Assembly: GCA_051294375.1 (NCBI GenBank)
Contig: JBJCIZ010000291.1
Location: 19,205-63,871 of the forward strand
From: Paraspadella gotoi
Taxonomy: Eukaryota > Animalia > Chaetognatha
Length of the DNA stretch: 44,667 nt
Direction: 5' to 3'
A program made the position numbers and the translations under genes. The notes beneath the pieces were generated by a model, which was given only the letters and a program-made list of their open reading frames with translations, did not search any database and was not told the origin of the DNA. Every line of letters begins with the position of its first letter. Positions within the stretch are counted from its first letter, which is position 1. Shown one piece after another: positions 24,051 to 36,533 of the stretch.

Positions 24051-25456
24051 GTCGTTCGTCACCGATTATGATCATCATCACCCTTACTCCCACCCACCGG
24101 ATTCCCTCCCCTGTCGCCAACTATTACTCACCATATCGGCGACTGTCATTCTCTCCTTACCCCTCTTGCCTCATCTCCTCCTCTTCTTGCCCGATCATCC
24201 GGCCTCTTTCGTTGACGACTATACAGTATCCGGTCCTCTTCACCGCGGACGGCGTCGCCTCCGCTCGCCTTCTACGCCTTACAGCGCCTTCCACAATTTG
24301 GCCGAAGGGGTTTGTGGAAGCCGCTTCCGCTCAACGGCTCCTCCTCCCCGGCGCCGCCTCCGGCTCCGATCTGGCTCGTCTTGACTTCGACGCGCTCTTG
24401 GGAGGCGACCCGTGCCGACGCCGAGGCTTTTGCTCCCTCCTTCTGCATTCTTCTTGTCCTCTCTCATGGCCTTGTTGCTCGTTTCGTTTTTTCATCGCTC
24501 GCTGCAATCCGATTTCTCAATGTCGACGCGCCGCTTCTTCCATCGGCGCGATTTCGATGCGTCGCCGGTTCCCCGTCGGCGCTCTTCTCTCCCTCCTCCT
24601 CTCCTCCTCCTTCTTCTTATGACCTCACGGCGCGGCGCGGTCGAGAACGTTGCGGTTTCGGGCCCGGGCTTCGTTGGGCGGCGTCTTCCTTCGCGCGCCG
24701 AATGGAGTCCTCCCCGACGAGGCCTTCCGGGGCGTGCGGCTTGGCCGGAGGGCGGGAGAGCCTCGGCGTCTTCGAGGGTGAGTCGAGTGGCCTTGGGGCG
24801 GAGGAGTCGGCCGAAGCCTGCGATGGGGGTTCCGCCAGGCGGAGGAGACGGTCCGTCGACGTCGACGAAGAGAATCGGGGAATCAATTTCAGTCACGGAC
24901 GGGCTCATGGGAACCGTCCTCAGTTTCGTCCGAATTCGGAACGGCGGCGTCGGCGGCGGATATCCCGTCTGATGTTTCGGCGACAGAGTTTTTCGCGCGC
25001 TATATTTCAGTCGTCCGTCGTCGTCGTCGTCGTCGTCGTGCTGCGATTTGCCCGTCTCAAATTCAGTCTCTTTGTTCGCTTCCATTCCCGAGGCAATCGC
25101 CGTCGGCGGTCGTTCTTTTTCTCCGGCGTCGCCGACTCCGGCTTTCGCGATTCCTCCGGGACTTTTTTGCGTCCGGTGTTTTCTTCAACCGGCGCCTTCA
25201 GCCGCGCGTTTTGATCGGCGTTTCTTCAGCCGGCGCTTTTTTTTCGGAAGCGGCGCTTCTTGAAAGCCGCTTAATCTTCGTATCGGCGCTTCTTCGACAC
25301 GTGCCGTTTCTGTGCCAGCTCTTCTCTCGGCGGGCGGTGTTTCTTCGGCCGGCGCTTTTTCGGCCGGCACTTCTGCGGCGGCGCTTCTTCGGCGGCGCCG
25401 TATTCGGTGGCGCCTCGGCCAAATCGGCGCCGGCAGAATCGCGTCCTCTGCATCGG
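24037..25456 (-). CDS. Candidate large, frameshifted exon of a low-complexity Pro/Ala/Glu/Arg-rich protein with APAEE-type repeats
   Basis: Sharp GC-rich island in AT-rich flanks; minus strand rich in GAA/GAG/GAC/GCC. Degenerate 15-bp GCGCCGGCCGAAGAA repeats lie at ~25185-25440. Overlapping ORF fragments include 197 aa at 24492-25085. Possible acceptor TTTCGTCAG at 25457-25465. Confidence 0.5.
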
Positions 25457-25890
25457 CTGACGAAACATTATATCATACAGATTTAATTCCTACGCAATAT
25501 CACACCAGAAAAGTTTAAATATGTCACAAACGTCAATATAAACTAACAATTCGATCACCCGTCCACCCTCATTAAAAGCACACGAACGAATGATGCTCTT
25601 CGTCGTACACCATAAAAAAAAATTAAATGTTTCGTAACAAAAACAAATGGTTCCTTTTAGACAAATGCGTGAATTAGTTAAAATTTGGTTAAGGTCGATT
25701 TTTTGAATTAACGGTCGGTTAATTATGATTAGACGCCGAGAATACGGATGAAACACGAAGGAATGCGGTCGAGAAATAACAATGCGGCGTGCGACGAATA
25801 ATATGTTCGGACTCTAGTTATTTTGAAAATCGCAGACGCTGGCTTTTTTTCAGTTGGGATCAGTCCGCTGCTCTTCTCTCTCTCCCCTAG

Positions 25891-25980
25891 ATCGAAGGTG
25901 GAGTTTACGCTCGGTCGACAGAATGGGCAGGAGGCGGCAGTGTGGAGAGATCGATACAAAGGGCAATGGATGCTTGAAGA
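25891..25980 (+). CDS. Weak candidate exon (IEGGVYARSTEWAGGGSVERSIQRAMDA or an alternative frame)
   Basis: Strong acceptor CTCTTCTCTCTCTCCCCTAG and complex purine-rich sequence; no clear donor. Confidence 0.25.
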
Positions 25981-26054
25981 CTCGAAAAAAATATTAATAA
26001 TATTATTATTTGATATTAATTTAAATGATTATCTAAAAATACTCATAATACTAG

Positions 26055-26127
26055 TGTACAAAGCTAAGACGGGAGGGTATTAGGAGCCCGAGGAGTTTGG
26101 AAATTTTAGCTGAAAAATGCTCAACAG
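26055..26127 (+). CDS. Candidate exon, 73 nt (CTKLRREGIRSPRSLEILAEKCST)
   Basis: Perfect donor CAG|GTGAGT at 26125-26133 and an open frame from CTAG; weak pyrimidine tract. Confidence 0.3.
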
Positions 26128-27374
26128 GTGAGTTATGGCACATAAGAATGAAATTGTATATACCACATATAAATTATCCATTTCATTTGTACTTATTAAT
26201 TAAGCTCTCTTGCCCTGACTTTTAGTATTTATCTGTGTAGAAGATATGACGATATTATCTATATGAAAATAGTAGAGATTAGGACTTTATACAAGAGGCA
26301 GAATCCGATCTTATACTTGAACCAGATCTATTCAGAAGCTTTTTCCGATATAAGATTAGAAAGAAAAAAAACATAAAATAAAAACGGTCCACTTTGTTAT
26401 TTTTGTCATTCGTGACGTTTTACCAAAATAAGCCTTATTGTCTTATCGTGTAACGTTTCAATGCGAAAACATGAATGAAGCAGACCTTTCGATCGTCTGA
26501 AGTCAACGCCTTTTAAATTTTAAACGAGCTTAAAGTTGGAATATTAAAATTTATAGATTCGCGTGTCACCCTTGGGAGGTTATGTTAAAAGAAAAAAAAG
26601 GTTTTGTAAACAAGCTGAGATTAAGAGTATAGTAAAATTATTGAGTTAATGAGTTTCCTCATCTACCACTAGGATAACCGAGAAAAATAGGGCGGACCGA
26701 TTTCTGAGGTACAAGGAATATTAGAAAAAACAAGTCTGTAATTTTTCGTGAAGCGGTTAAAGAAATAAATTTACATTTAAATCTGTGGAATATTTTTTTC
26801 CCTCAAACAAAAGCTAATTTGAAGTTTCAATTGAATAATTAATTGCACAGCAGAGTCCACGCGGCAATACGGTCTTTTTTCCCATTAATGAAATAAAAGG
26901 AAAAGTTTTTTTTTCCTCTCCTCTCCACTCTTTCTCTCTCGGAAGAAGAAAAAATGTTGTGATATTTTGAGTTAAACAAAGGAAAATGTTACTCGTTCCT
27001 ATTCGCAGTGTTACCTTTCTTTCGCTCTCTCTCTCTCATGCGCGGCCTCTTTCTTTTTTTTTTCTTCTCTCTTTCTCTCTTTTTCCTACTTATCCGCATC
27101 TCTGCTCTCGCGTCCCCTTTTCTCGCAAGGCTCGCGGCGCGCTCGTTCGCTTGTAAAAAAGGTGATTTATTGAACAAGACTCCAAGGCAAAGCAAACGCG
27201 CGAGCTCGCGGGGCCAATAGCAGGCAACCCATTACAGAAAGCGAGTGGAGGAGAAGGGCCGCGGAGGTGGAAGAGAGGAAGAAGGGAGGAAAGGCAAAGG
27301 AATAAGGAGAAAGGAGATCTCATCTCTCTGCTTTGATCTCTCCATACTCTGTCATATTTTATTCTCCTATCTAG

Positions 27375-27416
<42 letters not shown>

Positions 27417-27688
27417 GCGCTCTCTCTCCTCTCTCTCTCGTTCGTCCAGTAAACGGTTTTTATTTCATACTCAACAAACGAAAAACAAAAAATCACGCCT
27501 TCGGAGACGGCGGAGATCGGCGAGACTCTGGATCTGAGGTTAGAGAGGGTTGGGAAAGGGGGGTGGCGGCAGGGGTGGTGGAGATGGGGGGGGGTTTGGG
27601 AAAGGGGGCGTGGCGCAGGGGTGACGGAGTAGACGAGGAACACATAGATTCTCCAGGATTTTAACAGTTAACCGTAAATTATTCGCTC

Positions 27689-27718
27689 ATGGCGTCTTTG
27701 TCTTTCTCGCCGGAGCGG
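27689..27718 (+). CDS. Candidate initial coding exon MASLSFSPER
   Basis: GCTCATGG start context, 10 codons and CGG|GTAAGG donor; CpG-rich stretch with CCAAT upstream at ~27100-27220. Confidence 0.25.
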
Positions 27719-28403
27719 GTAAGGCTACAGATTTGTGCGTTTTCTTATCCTTTCTCGCCGATGGGGTGAAGTGCAACACTGCTACAAGAATTGTTCCTCT
27801 ATTGAGAATGGTAATTCTGTTAAGGCTAGCTGATCTGTTATTACGATAGTCATCGTTCTATGTCTCTAATTCGGGCTGCAGATAAGTTTTCTTCCCTCTT
27901 CAGTCGTATTGAAAGACTTCTTTCTCTTCGGTTTCGATTTTATTTTGACTAAATGTATGCGAAAAACCAACGCTATTATATCCAGTGCCAGCGATAAGAT
28001 TTTTAGTATTGTTTTATTTATTTAATTTTAGCAATGACTTTAAAAAAATTCTTTTCTGTCAAACATTTCGATTTTCGATTTTTAAGGTGGCACCTGCGTA
28101 TCGTAAATTAAACCTCGTGAATTCTTCTAAAATCTAATCAAAATAAATCTTTCATCGGCGGCACATCTCACTTCTCATTGGTCCAGTCAACGCCTCGTCC
28201 GTGTAAAATTCCGACGGGATCTTTTGATGTCAAACGAGAAACCTTAAATCCGCGGATCATCCAAAATAAACTCGTTTGGGCGGTGGGGGGGGGGGTGCGG
28301 TTGAGGAATAAAAACTTGGACTGACCATTTTCCTTTTATTCGATGGGGTAAAGAATTGAAAAGGATATTTTGTGGAAGCGGGGGGAACGGGAAATATGAA
28401 TGA

Positions 28404-28437
<34 letters not shown>

Positions 28438-29118
28438 CGAGAGAGAGAGAGAGAGAGAGAGAAGATGAGAGAGAGAGAGAGAGAAGAGAACCTTTCGGGG
28501 CAGAAGAAGCTCCTTTTGAACGTGACTCGTCATAAACGCGGAGAATTCCCTCTCAATTTACCGGTTGGCGAATTGGAGAAGAAAGGCGCATCTATCTCTC
28601 TCTCGATTCTCTCTATATCGGCGAGAGATAGTACGGTCTCTCCTTTTTATTTCTCTCTCTCTCTCTCAAATCGCTTTCTATTTGCTCCAACAAAGGTGGC
28701 GTCATCTATCGTCTTTTTTTTTTCTAACTTCTCGTTCAAAAAGTGGCGTTTTTTGCTTTTTTGTTTTTAATTTTGTTTTTATTATTTATTTTGGCAAGGG
28801 AAAGAACATAGGGTCTCTATTTAATTAATAAATAATTAAAATTATCAATCTAATAAATGATTAATAATCTGGCGCATGGGCCACAGTGTTAAGCACTAAT
28901 TCGTTTAAATAGATTTACATAAATCCTAAAGCGAATTATGATCTATTAATAGTGTTAGTTAAATCGCTATTAAGATGGTCATACGACCTTTTCGCCCTCA
29001 TAGCATACTGATATTATCTATCAGCCAGCTCACATGTGGGTCTCACATCCTTCTTTTATCCTCTCTCCCTTTCCTGGCCTCCTCCTCTCTCCTNNNNNNN
29101 NNNNNNNNNNNNNNNNNN

Positions 29119-29151
<33 letters not shown>

Positions 29152-29564
29152 CCTCTCCACTTTTTTAAAAAAAGTATATTTTTTATAAAAAGAAACTTCA
29201 CCTATATTTGTTCAGACACAAAATCACGTACGTTATAGAAACTTGAAATAACAATTTTCTTAACGGCTTCCACTCCAAAATCCTTTCAGATATTACTTTT
29301 TTTTGTCGGTTAATAGTTGTTTAACCTACAAGTAAATTTTATTATAAATGCGTTCACACTGAAATTACTCGTTTTCTTTCTATATTTTTTCCTTCTACTA
29401 AATTCTCTTAACTTCTCTTCCTCTTCTCTCTCCCTTCTCCTCTGTACTCTCTTCTCTCCTCTTCTTTCCCTCTCCTCCTCCTCCCCCTCTTCCACCTCCC
29501 ACACCGCCTCTAACCACGCCCTCACACCCCCTTGTTCCCCATTTCCGTTTCTCAACTCCTCACA

Positions 29565-29651
29565 ATTGAGGGTCAGGTGCACTACTACGAAGAGATGCTT
29601 TTTCGCCGCTCCATCAAGAACAAGAAACAAATTTCTTTTCCATGGAAAAAG
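29565..29651 (+). CDS. Duplicate of candidate exon 21297-21383 (IEGQVHYYEEMLFRRSIKNKKQISFPWKK)
   Basis: 87 nt open frame and AAG|GTTCG donor; the acceptor G is missing in this copy (probable indel error). Confidence 0.5.
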
Positions 29652-29671
29652 GTTCGAAGTAGAAAAGAGTG

Positions 29672-29749
<78 letters not shown>

Positions 29750-29922
29750 TCGGAATGATGACTTTGTCAATCGTTTTCCCGCCCCCCCCCCGCCCTCCGC
29801 CTCCCCCGCCGCGCAAAGATGAATTTAAACCGATTAAAACTTTTGTAGTCTTTTCCTCTTCTTCCAGTAAAACGTCAGATGCCGAATAAGTTGTTTCGTG
29901 CGTCTGTTTGAGGAAGAAGGAG

Positions 29923-29960
<38 letters not shown>

Positions 29961-30407
29961 ATGAGAGAGAGAGAGAGAGGAAAGGAGAGTGAGAGAGAGA
30001 GACGTTTCAAACTTTTCAAGAAATTTCTCTTCACAGAATGAGTGAAACTTGAAGCTCAGAGAAAATGAAATTGTCTCGAGAATTTTTTTTCTTAACACGG
30101 ATTCTGTTCTTCTGTTTATTTGACGATAACTAAATTAATATATTAATTTTTTAGGTTTGTTTTTTCTAAACGTTTGCTCATGAAAAAGTTTTTAAGATAA
30201 TAAGCCAAGCAAGGCATGAACGAGAGAAAGGGTTTCAAGCAAAGAAATAGCAACGAAAGCAAGCAATTCATACGCAGCAACTTTCATCCCAATCTTTTCT
30301 TTTTTTTTCTTTTTTTTTTCTTTATCTCCTTTTTTCCTTTTTTTTTTCATTCTCTCTCAACTTGGGTCAACCTCGATTTTTCTTTTCTCCCTTCTTCTGG
30401 TCTCAAG

Positions 30408-30478
30408 GTCAAAATGCCCAGGTTAAAAGGTCAAAGGTGAAGCATGGCGAGTTTTTTTTCGGTAGAACTTTAAAGAAA
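30408..30478 (+). CDS. Duplicate of candidate exon 22068-22140
   Basis: CTCAAG acceptor and AAA|GTAAGT donor. Confidence 0.5.
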
Positions 30479-31464
30479 GTAAGTGTCGATTCGTCTCTCT
30501 CTCTCTCTCCCTCTCCTCTCCATCTCTCTCGTTCATCTCTCTCTCTCTCATCTCTCTCTGCTCTCTCTCTCTCTCCTCTCTCTCCCCATTTCTTTCTCTT
30601 TGCTTTTCACGAAACCAAAAATACAAAATTTTGTCACCGAATTTTTTTTTTCTTTTTCCTTTTTTTCTTTTTTCTTCAATTTTTTTTCCTTTTTTCTTTT
30701 TTTTTTCTTTTTCTTTTCTTTTCTTTTATTTTTTTTCTTTTGTATACTTTTTTTCATTTTTACGCGAAGTCAAAAATTTCTTACTCGGCGGCCAAGAAGC
30801 GACTTGGGTTCGATTCGCAAAGCCTCTCTATTTTTTCTCTCTTCAATCATTTATAAATCCAAATCTCTCTCTCTCTTTATTTCTCTTTTCTCTTCCTCTC
30901 TATCCTCTTCTCTCTCCCTCTCTCTCTCTTCTCATCTCTCTCTCTCTCTCTCTCTCGTCTCTCTCTCTCTCCCTTGCTCTCTCCGTCGTCTATCAACCCA
31001 TTCTTTCAACGATAACAACAGTCCTGTTTTAGTGAAATCCTTCCACAGCTACCACACCGCAGCGATCAATTCACCCCGCGCCCACTGGCCGGTCCTACCC
31101 CAGCATTCATTTCTCTGCCACTCACCTTTCGACATCACTTTCCCGCCACTTGCCTCCCCCGCCAGTTCTTAATCAGCCCCGCCCTCTTTTCCGCAAAACC
31201 GCAATCTCGGGAAGAATCTGCCCGGCGAGATTTTTTTTTCAACGGCGTGCGCCAGTCCTCTGTTTAGTCCTCAGCCCCTCTACCCCTCCTATAACCCTCT
31301 CTACCCATCTATCCCTCTTACCCCCTCTAACCCCTCTGCTACCCCCCTACTACCCTCTCTTACCTCTTTACCTACCCCCGCTCTGTCCGTACTCCTTACT
31401 AACCCTTTTTCTCTCCCTGCCCCCGAAATTCCCGCCGTACCCCCTTACAAGGACTTGGCCCTCC

Positions 31465-31765
31465 TCGGCCCCATTTTCACAAAATGCCCGATTGTATGCT
31501 AAAATTCGGAAATTAGCTTAATTTTTTAACTAAGAGTTAGGATAGAAAATTAGGTTAAGCGTTAGTGGTTAAGGTTAGGGACTTAGGTGGATTGGGTCAG
31601 GGATTAGCATTTAAGGTTAAGGTTTAATATATAAAGTTTTAGGTTAAAGGTTTAATATTGGGATCAGTTGATTTGGGTTAGGGATTGGTTAGGATTGGTT
31701 AGGGAATTGGTTTTAAGTTTAAAAACATATTAAGGTTGAAATATAAGTTAAAATTAATTTCTGAT
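31465..31765 (-). mobile_element. Inverted copy of the CCCTAA-containing dispersed element
   Basis: Degenerate TTAGG/TTAGGG tract on the + strand; unique end matches 11895-11958 in reverse complement. Confidence 0.65.
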
Positions 31766-32267
31766 ATAAACGAGCAGAGAGAAGGGGACGCTCCTGCGGA
31801 AAGAGTCCCCCTTCCGGGCCCCTAAGCCGCACTCCCTTCTAACATTCACCCAACCGCCCCCTCCAATACCCCTTATCCCCCTTCATCGCCCTCCGTACTC
31901 ATCCCCCCATCCCCGCGGCCCGCCCCCAACAAAAAAAAACATCTTAAAGAAGAGAAAAATAAAGTTTCCAGGCGAAATATTTAATGACAGTCGCTCAACC
32001 CCTTTTCCCCCCACCGCGACCGCCTTCTCCACCGTCTCCTCTCTCAAAAAGGACACGGAGTGGCCGTTGAGGGTCAACGGTGGACTCGAGGGGGTAAGGA
32101 CGGGCGTGCCATGAAAGGTGGGGAAGGGTTCCGGGTTCTAACGAAGTACGTCAGTTCCCAATGATGCTGGACTTTGCATGGGAGAGACTGCCGAAGGGGA
32201 GAAGGGGGGAGAGAGGGTGAAAGGTATTTCTCTCTCTCTTCTCTGTCTCCTCTGCTCTCCTTCTCTG

Positions 32268-32300
<33 letters not shown>

Positions 32301-32340
32301 TTCTCTCTCTCTCTCTCTACGATTGCGTTGGATACCGAAT

Positions 32341-33412
32341 GGACTTGTCGTTCGCAAGAAAAGTGACTGGAGGCAACTGGGCGGAGATTTGCTGATGGTC
32401 AGGGTTCTACAAGATGCTTTTGGTCTTCATGGTACATACAAACTCTTTGGCAAATGTCGTTGGCGTGTGCTCGAACAAAAAAGAATTTTTTTAACCTCTC
32501 AAAGGTATGTTCTGCGCTGCAAACGGAAACCATGACGACGCATGCCTGTCCAAAGTCACGCGAATTCCTCCGCAGTTTGAAGTTCAACGGAAACGAATTC
32601 GTGCGCCCAGTCTGTTTTATGCGTCACTGAAGACTAAAATTTAAAAAACAAACCTAGCAGTAAGGGAACGAAGAATATTATCATTTTTCGCTTAACTATT
32701 AAGAAGTTGATTCGCATTATTTGGACTAAATAATGACAGCACTTTCCTCCACACTTCCTCTCGGGCAGGCTTCCATACATTCCCTGCACACTCCGCTACC
32801 ACACTCAAGCCCAAACTCTCTCCTACTTCCGCCACCAGGCACGTCGACCCCACGCCACGACCGCCTATCGAACGCCCGCAACGCCGCCTTGCGCCCGCTT
32901 GCGCCACGCTCCGCTCGCAAACCGTAAACTTTTTGACGGGGACAACGCGTCATGCTGCACGCCAGCCGTCTTACGCCACGCGGTAGCCACGCGCGCAGTA
33001 GCCGCTAGGCCGGCCGCAAAATCGCAACAACGCTACCACCCAACCCTGAACCAAATCCATTTTTCAGCGCCGCCTTTTCTGAAAAACAAGATAGACTTGA
33101 AGCGTCGCTCTGAGTTTCTCTCTCTCTCTCCTCTCCCTCCTTCTCTCTCCTTTCCTCTCATCTCTCTCCTCTCTCTCTCTCGCTCTCTCTCTCTTCTCCT
33201 CTCTCTCTCTTTCTCCTCCCTCTTCCACTTCTCTCTCTCTGCTTTCCCTCTCACTCTCTCGGCTGCATGTAGATTTACGAGAATCGCAATACAAAAATCC
33301 TAAAGTATTATTATTTATAAATATTAATATATTTAATGATATAATTAAATATTATACAATTTAATTATATTTTTAAAATTATACACTTTTTGAATCTTTC
33401 CTTGCATACGTA

Positions 33413-33484
<72 letters not shown>

Positions 33485-34468
33485 CTCTTCCCATCTCTCT
33501 CTCCCTCTCTGTCTCCCTCTCACACTCTTCTCTCTCGTGACCGCTTCCCCCCCCGCAACGTCTTCGGGTTTACGAGCAAAAGCGATGAAAAGAAGTAGGC
33601 GAACTCGGCCACGCCTCTCGTCTGTCAGACGCCGTCACCCTCTTCCCACCGTCCAACCCCAGACCTTCCCTCGAGGCCGCCCCCCCCCCCGCCCCGCCTT
33701 GTCAGCGCCCCCCCCTTAATTGTCGCCACTGTCCCCTATTTCGACCCCGCCAGGGTCGTGTACAGGAGCTCTAAGAGGCCGGCGATCGACTATTTTAGTA
33801 GAAATATACATAATATCTACCTGATACTGTACATTAATTTTAAATTTTTTATTATAAAAATCCGAGTTAATATACAATTAAAACGGTAAATAAACTGTGA
33901 GAGAGTCTTGATTGAAAGCTGCAGGGTCCTGCTACGTTATTATTTTGTAAGAGGAAAGAGCTTAATCCGCCAAAGCCAAACCAAAGCCAAAGCCAAAGCC
34001 ACAAAGCCTGTCCAAAATCATGGGAAAAAAGCTTATATATTAAATGAATCTTTATATTGCATACTTTGCAATATTGCCAATGCCAATAATATTATTGGTT
34101 GTACTATTTCATCAAAATGATTTATTTCATCATTTCTATAACAACTTTTTTTAACCATACAAAGAAGAATATTTTGCTTTTATGGGGGGGCCACCATACA
34201 AATTGTGAAAAGGGCTATCTATCTCTCTAAGCGCCCCCTGGCCACGCCCCGTCGCCCCGTCGCCTACGCTTATTGTCACCGTCTCCGTCGGCGCGACCGT
34301 AACCCGCGGAATCCCGAAGGTAGGTTGAGTCGCGACTTCAATTACCCCCGCCGACGTTACTCACCCAGGAAAATCGTCGCGAGGGAAAGAGTGAGTTGAA
34401 GGGTAAGTTGAACGAAGAGTCACTCTTACGTGTGTGGTTTTTTTTTTTGCACATGGTCGGGCGAATGA
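32341..34468 (+). repeat. ~2.1-kb tandem duplication, copy A (copy B 34494-36533), separated by a 25-N gap
   Basis: Colinear; identity is low at the left end and high at the right end. Confidence 0.9.
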
Positions 34469-34493
34469 NNNNNNNNNNNNNNNNNNNNNNNNN

Positions 34494-36533
34494 GTACTTG
34501 TCTGTGGCGCAAGAAAAATTAGTGACTGGAAGTGAGGCAACTATGGAGCGAAATCTGACTGATTGGGTATGGATTCTACTAAGATTGCTTTGCGTTCTCA
34601 TTCTGTACATACCAAACTCTTTGCAAACGTTCTAGGAGCGGTATATGGTGCTCCGAACAATTTACCGAAAGGTTATTTATGCTCAAACATGGAAGAACCA
34701 TGACTGTGACCGTCCTGTCCAAAAGTACCAATCTGCTATCCTCCACAGTTTGAGTTCAAGGAAACGATTAGTTCCGTGCTCTCCACTTTTGGTTGAAAAA
34801 ATCTTTTTAGATAACAGTGTGAACTGTTAGAATGAAATCAAAAATTTCAAAACAAACTTTATCAGTTAAGGAATCGAAAATATCATTTTCCTTTACTATT
34901 AGTAAGTTGGATTTAATTGGAAGCTAATTAAATGAAACATTCTCCCATTCCTTCTTCTCTGACAGTCCTTTAACCAATTGAATTACTTTCTCCACAACTC
35001 AATATTTTTCCACCACACTCATAGTCCCTAAACTCTTTTCACAGAAACTTAACCGACACCAACAGGACGTACACACACCTCTCATCAACACCGTATCCCG
35101 CCTTCGACCGCCGCTCAACACACCGCTGCGCCCCAGCTGCAGCATCCCACACGACTGAACCACTCTCGCTTAAAACTTTGACGTGGGAACAAACAGCGAA
35201 ATCTATATGCTTGCGCCAGCCTACTATCGCCCACGCACTCAGTTGAGTCCTACGCGGATTCGACGTTGTATGGGTTACGCATTAGGTCCTGGCCGCAAAA
35301 ATTCGCAACAACTTCCACCAACCTGGAAACCAAAATCCAATTGTGCACACAAAAATGATAAAACTTACATATAGCGCCGATCCTAGAAAAAAGTACTGAT
35401 AAGACTTAAAGCGTCGCTCTAGTTTCTCTCTCTATACTACATATAGAAATTTAAATTTCAATCTCATTCTCATTACGACTCTTCTCTCTTCTCTCTCTCT
35501 CTCTTTCTCTTCTTCTTACTCTTCCATCTCTCTCTCCCTCTCTTTGTCTCCCTCTCACCACTCTCTCTCCCGTGACCGCTTCCGCCCCGAACGTCTTCGG
35601 GTTTACGAGCAAAAGCGATGAAAAGAAGTAGGCGAATCTCGGCCACCCTCTCGTCTGTCAGACGCCGTCACTCTCCCACGTCCAACCCCAGACCTTCCCT
35701 CGAGGCCGCCCCCCCCCCCCGCCCCGCTTGTCAGCGCCTCCCCCCCTTAATGTCGCCACTGTCCCCTATTTCGACCCGCCAGTCGGCGTGTAAGGAGCTA
35801 GAAGCCCGCCCCAGGGTCGTGTACAGGAGGCTCTAAGAGAGCCGGCGATCGACTATTTTAGGTATGAAATATACATAATATCTCCGTACATTAATTTTAA
35901 ATTTTTTTATTATAAAATCCGAGTTAATATACAATTAAAACGGTAAATAAACTGTGAGAGAGTCTTGATTGAAAGCTTGCAGGGTCCTGCTACGTTATTA
36001 TTTTGTAAGAGGGAAAGAGGACTTAATCCGCCAAAGCCAAAGCCAAAGCCAAAGCCAAAGCCTGTCCAAAATCATGGGAAAAAAAGCTTATATATTAAAT
36101 GAATCTTTATATTGCCAATATTTGCCAATATTTGCCAATATTTGCCAATATTATATTATTGGTTGTACTAATTTCTTATCAAAATGATTTATTTCATCAT
36201 TTCTATAACAACTTTTTTTTATCCATACAAAGAAGAATATTTTGGCTTTCTGGGGGGGGCCACCATACAAATTGTGAAAAGGGCTATCTATCTCTCTAAG
36301 CGCCCCCTGGCCACGCCCCGTCGCCCCGTCGCCTCACGCTTATTGTCACCGTCTCCGTCGGCGCGACCGTCACCCGCGGAATCCGAAGGTGAGGTTGAGT
36401 CGCGACTTCAATTCCCCCGCGAGTTACTCACCCGGAAAATCGTCGCGAGGGAAAGAGTGAGTTGAAGGGTAAGTTTGAACGAAGAGTCACTTTACGTGTG
36501 TGGGTTTTTTTTTTGGCACATGGTCGCGAATGA
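34494..36533 (+). repeat. ~2.1-kb tandem duplication, copy B
   Basis: Colinear with 32341-34468, ending at CACATGGTCGCGAATGA. Confidence 0.9.
36299..36476 (+). promoter_or_regulatory. CpG-rich promoter/insulator-like segment (duplicate 34230-34408)
   Basis: AGCGCCCCCTGGC resembles the CTCF core and overlaps GCCACGCCCC (SP/KLF box); two donor-like sites (GTGAGT, GTAAGT) lie ~150 nt downstream. Motif match only. Confidence 0.3.

Larger units (their letters stand above)
29119..30990 (+). repeat. ~1.85-kb duplication, copy B, starting right after the 25-N gap 29094-29118
   Basis: Colinear with 20800-22640. Confidence 0.93.

Noticed and set aside
24312-25214. 300-aa + strand ORF
   Set aside because: Non-ATG start; codon pattern and peptide composition favour the minus strand, so it is likely a GC-rich shadow ORF.
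25891-25977. Resemblance of ARSTEWAGGGSVERSIQRA to a phospholipase D RS..W..G..E.SI..AY segment
   Set aside because: Few identities, an immediate stop and no HKD motif nearby; not enough to name a gene.
32350-32610. Possible minus-strand coding sequence (duplicate 34494-34790)
   Set aside because: The two copies are too noisy to give a consistent frame or splice sites.
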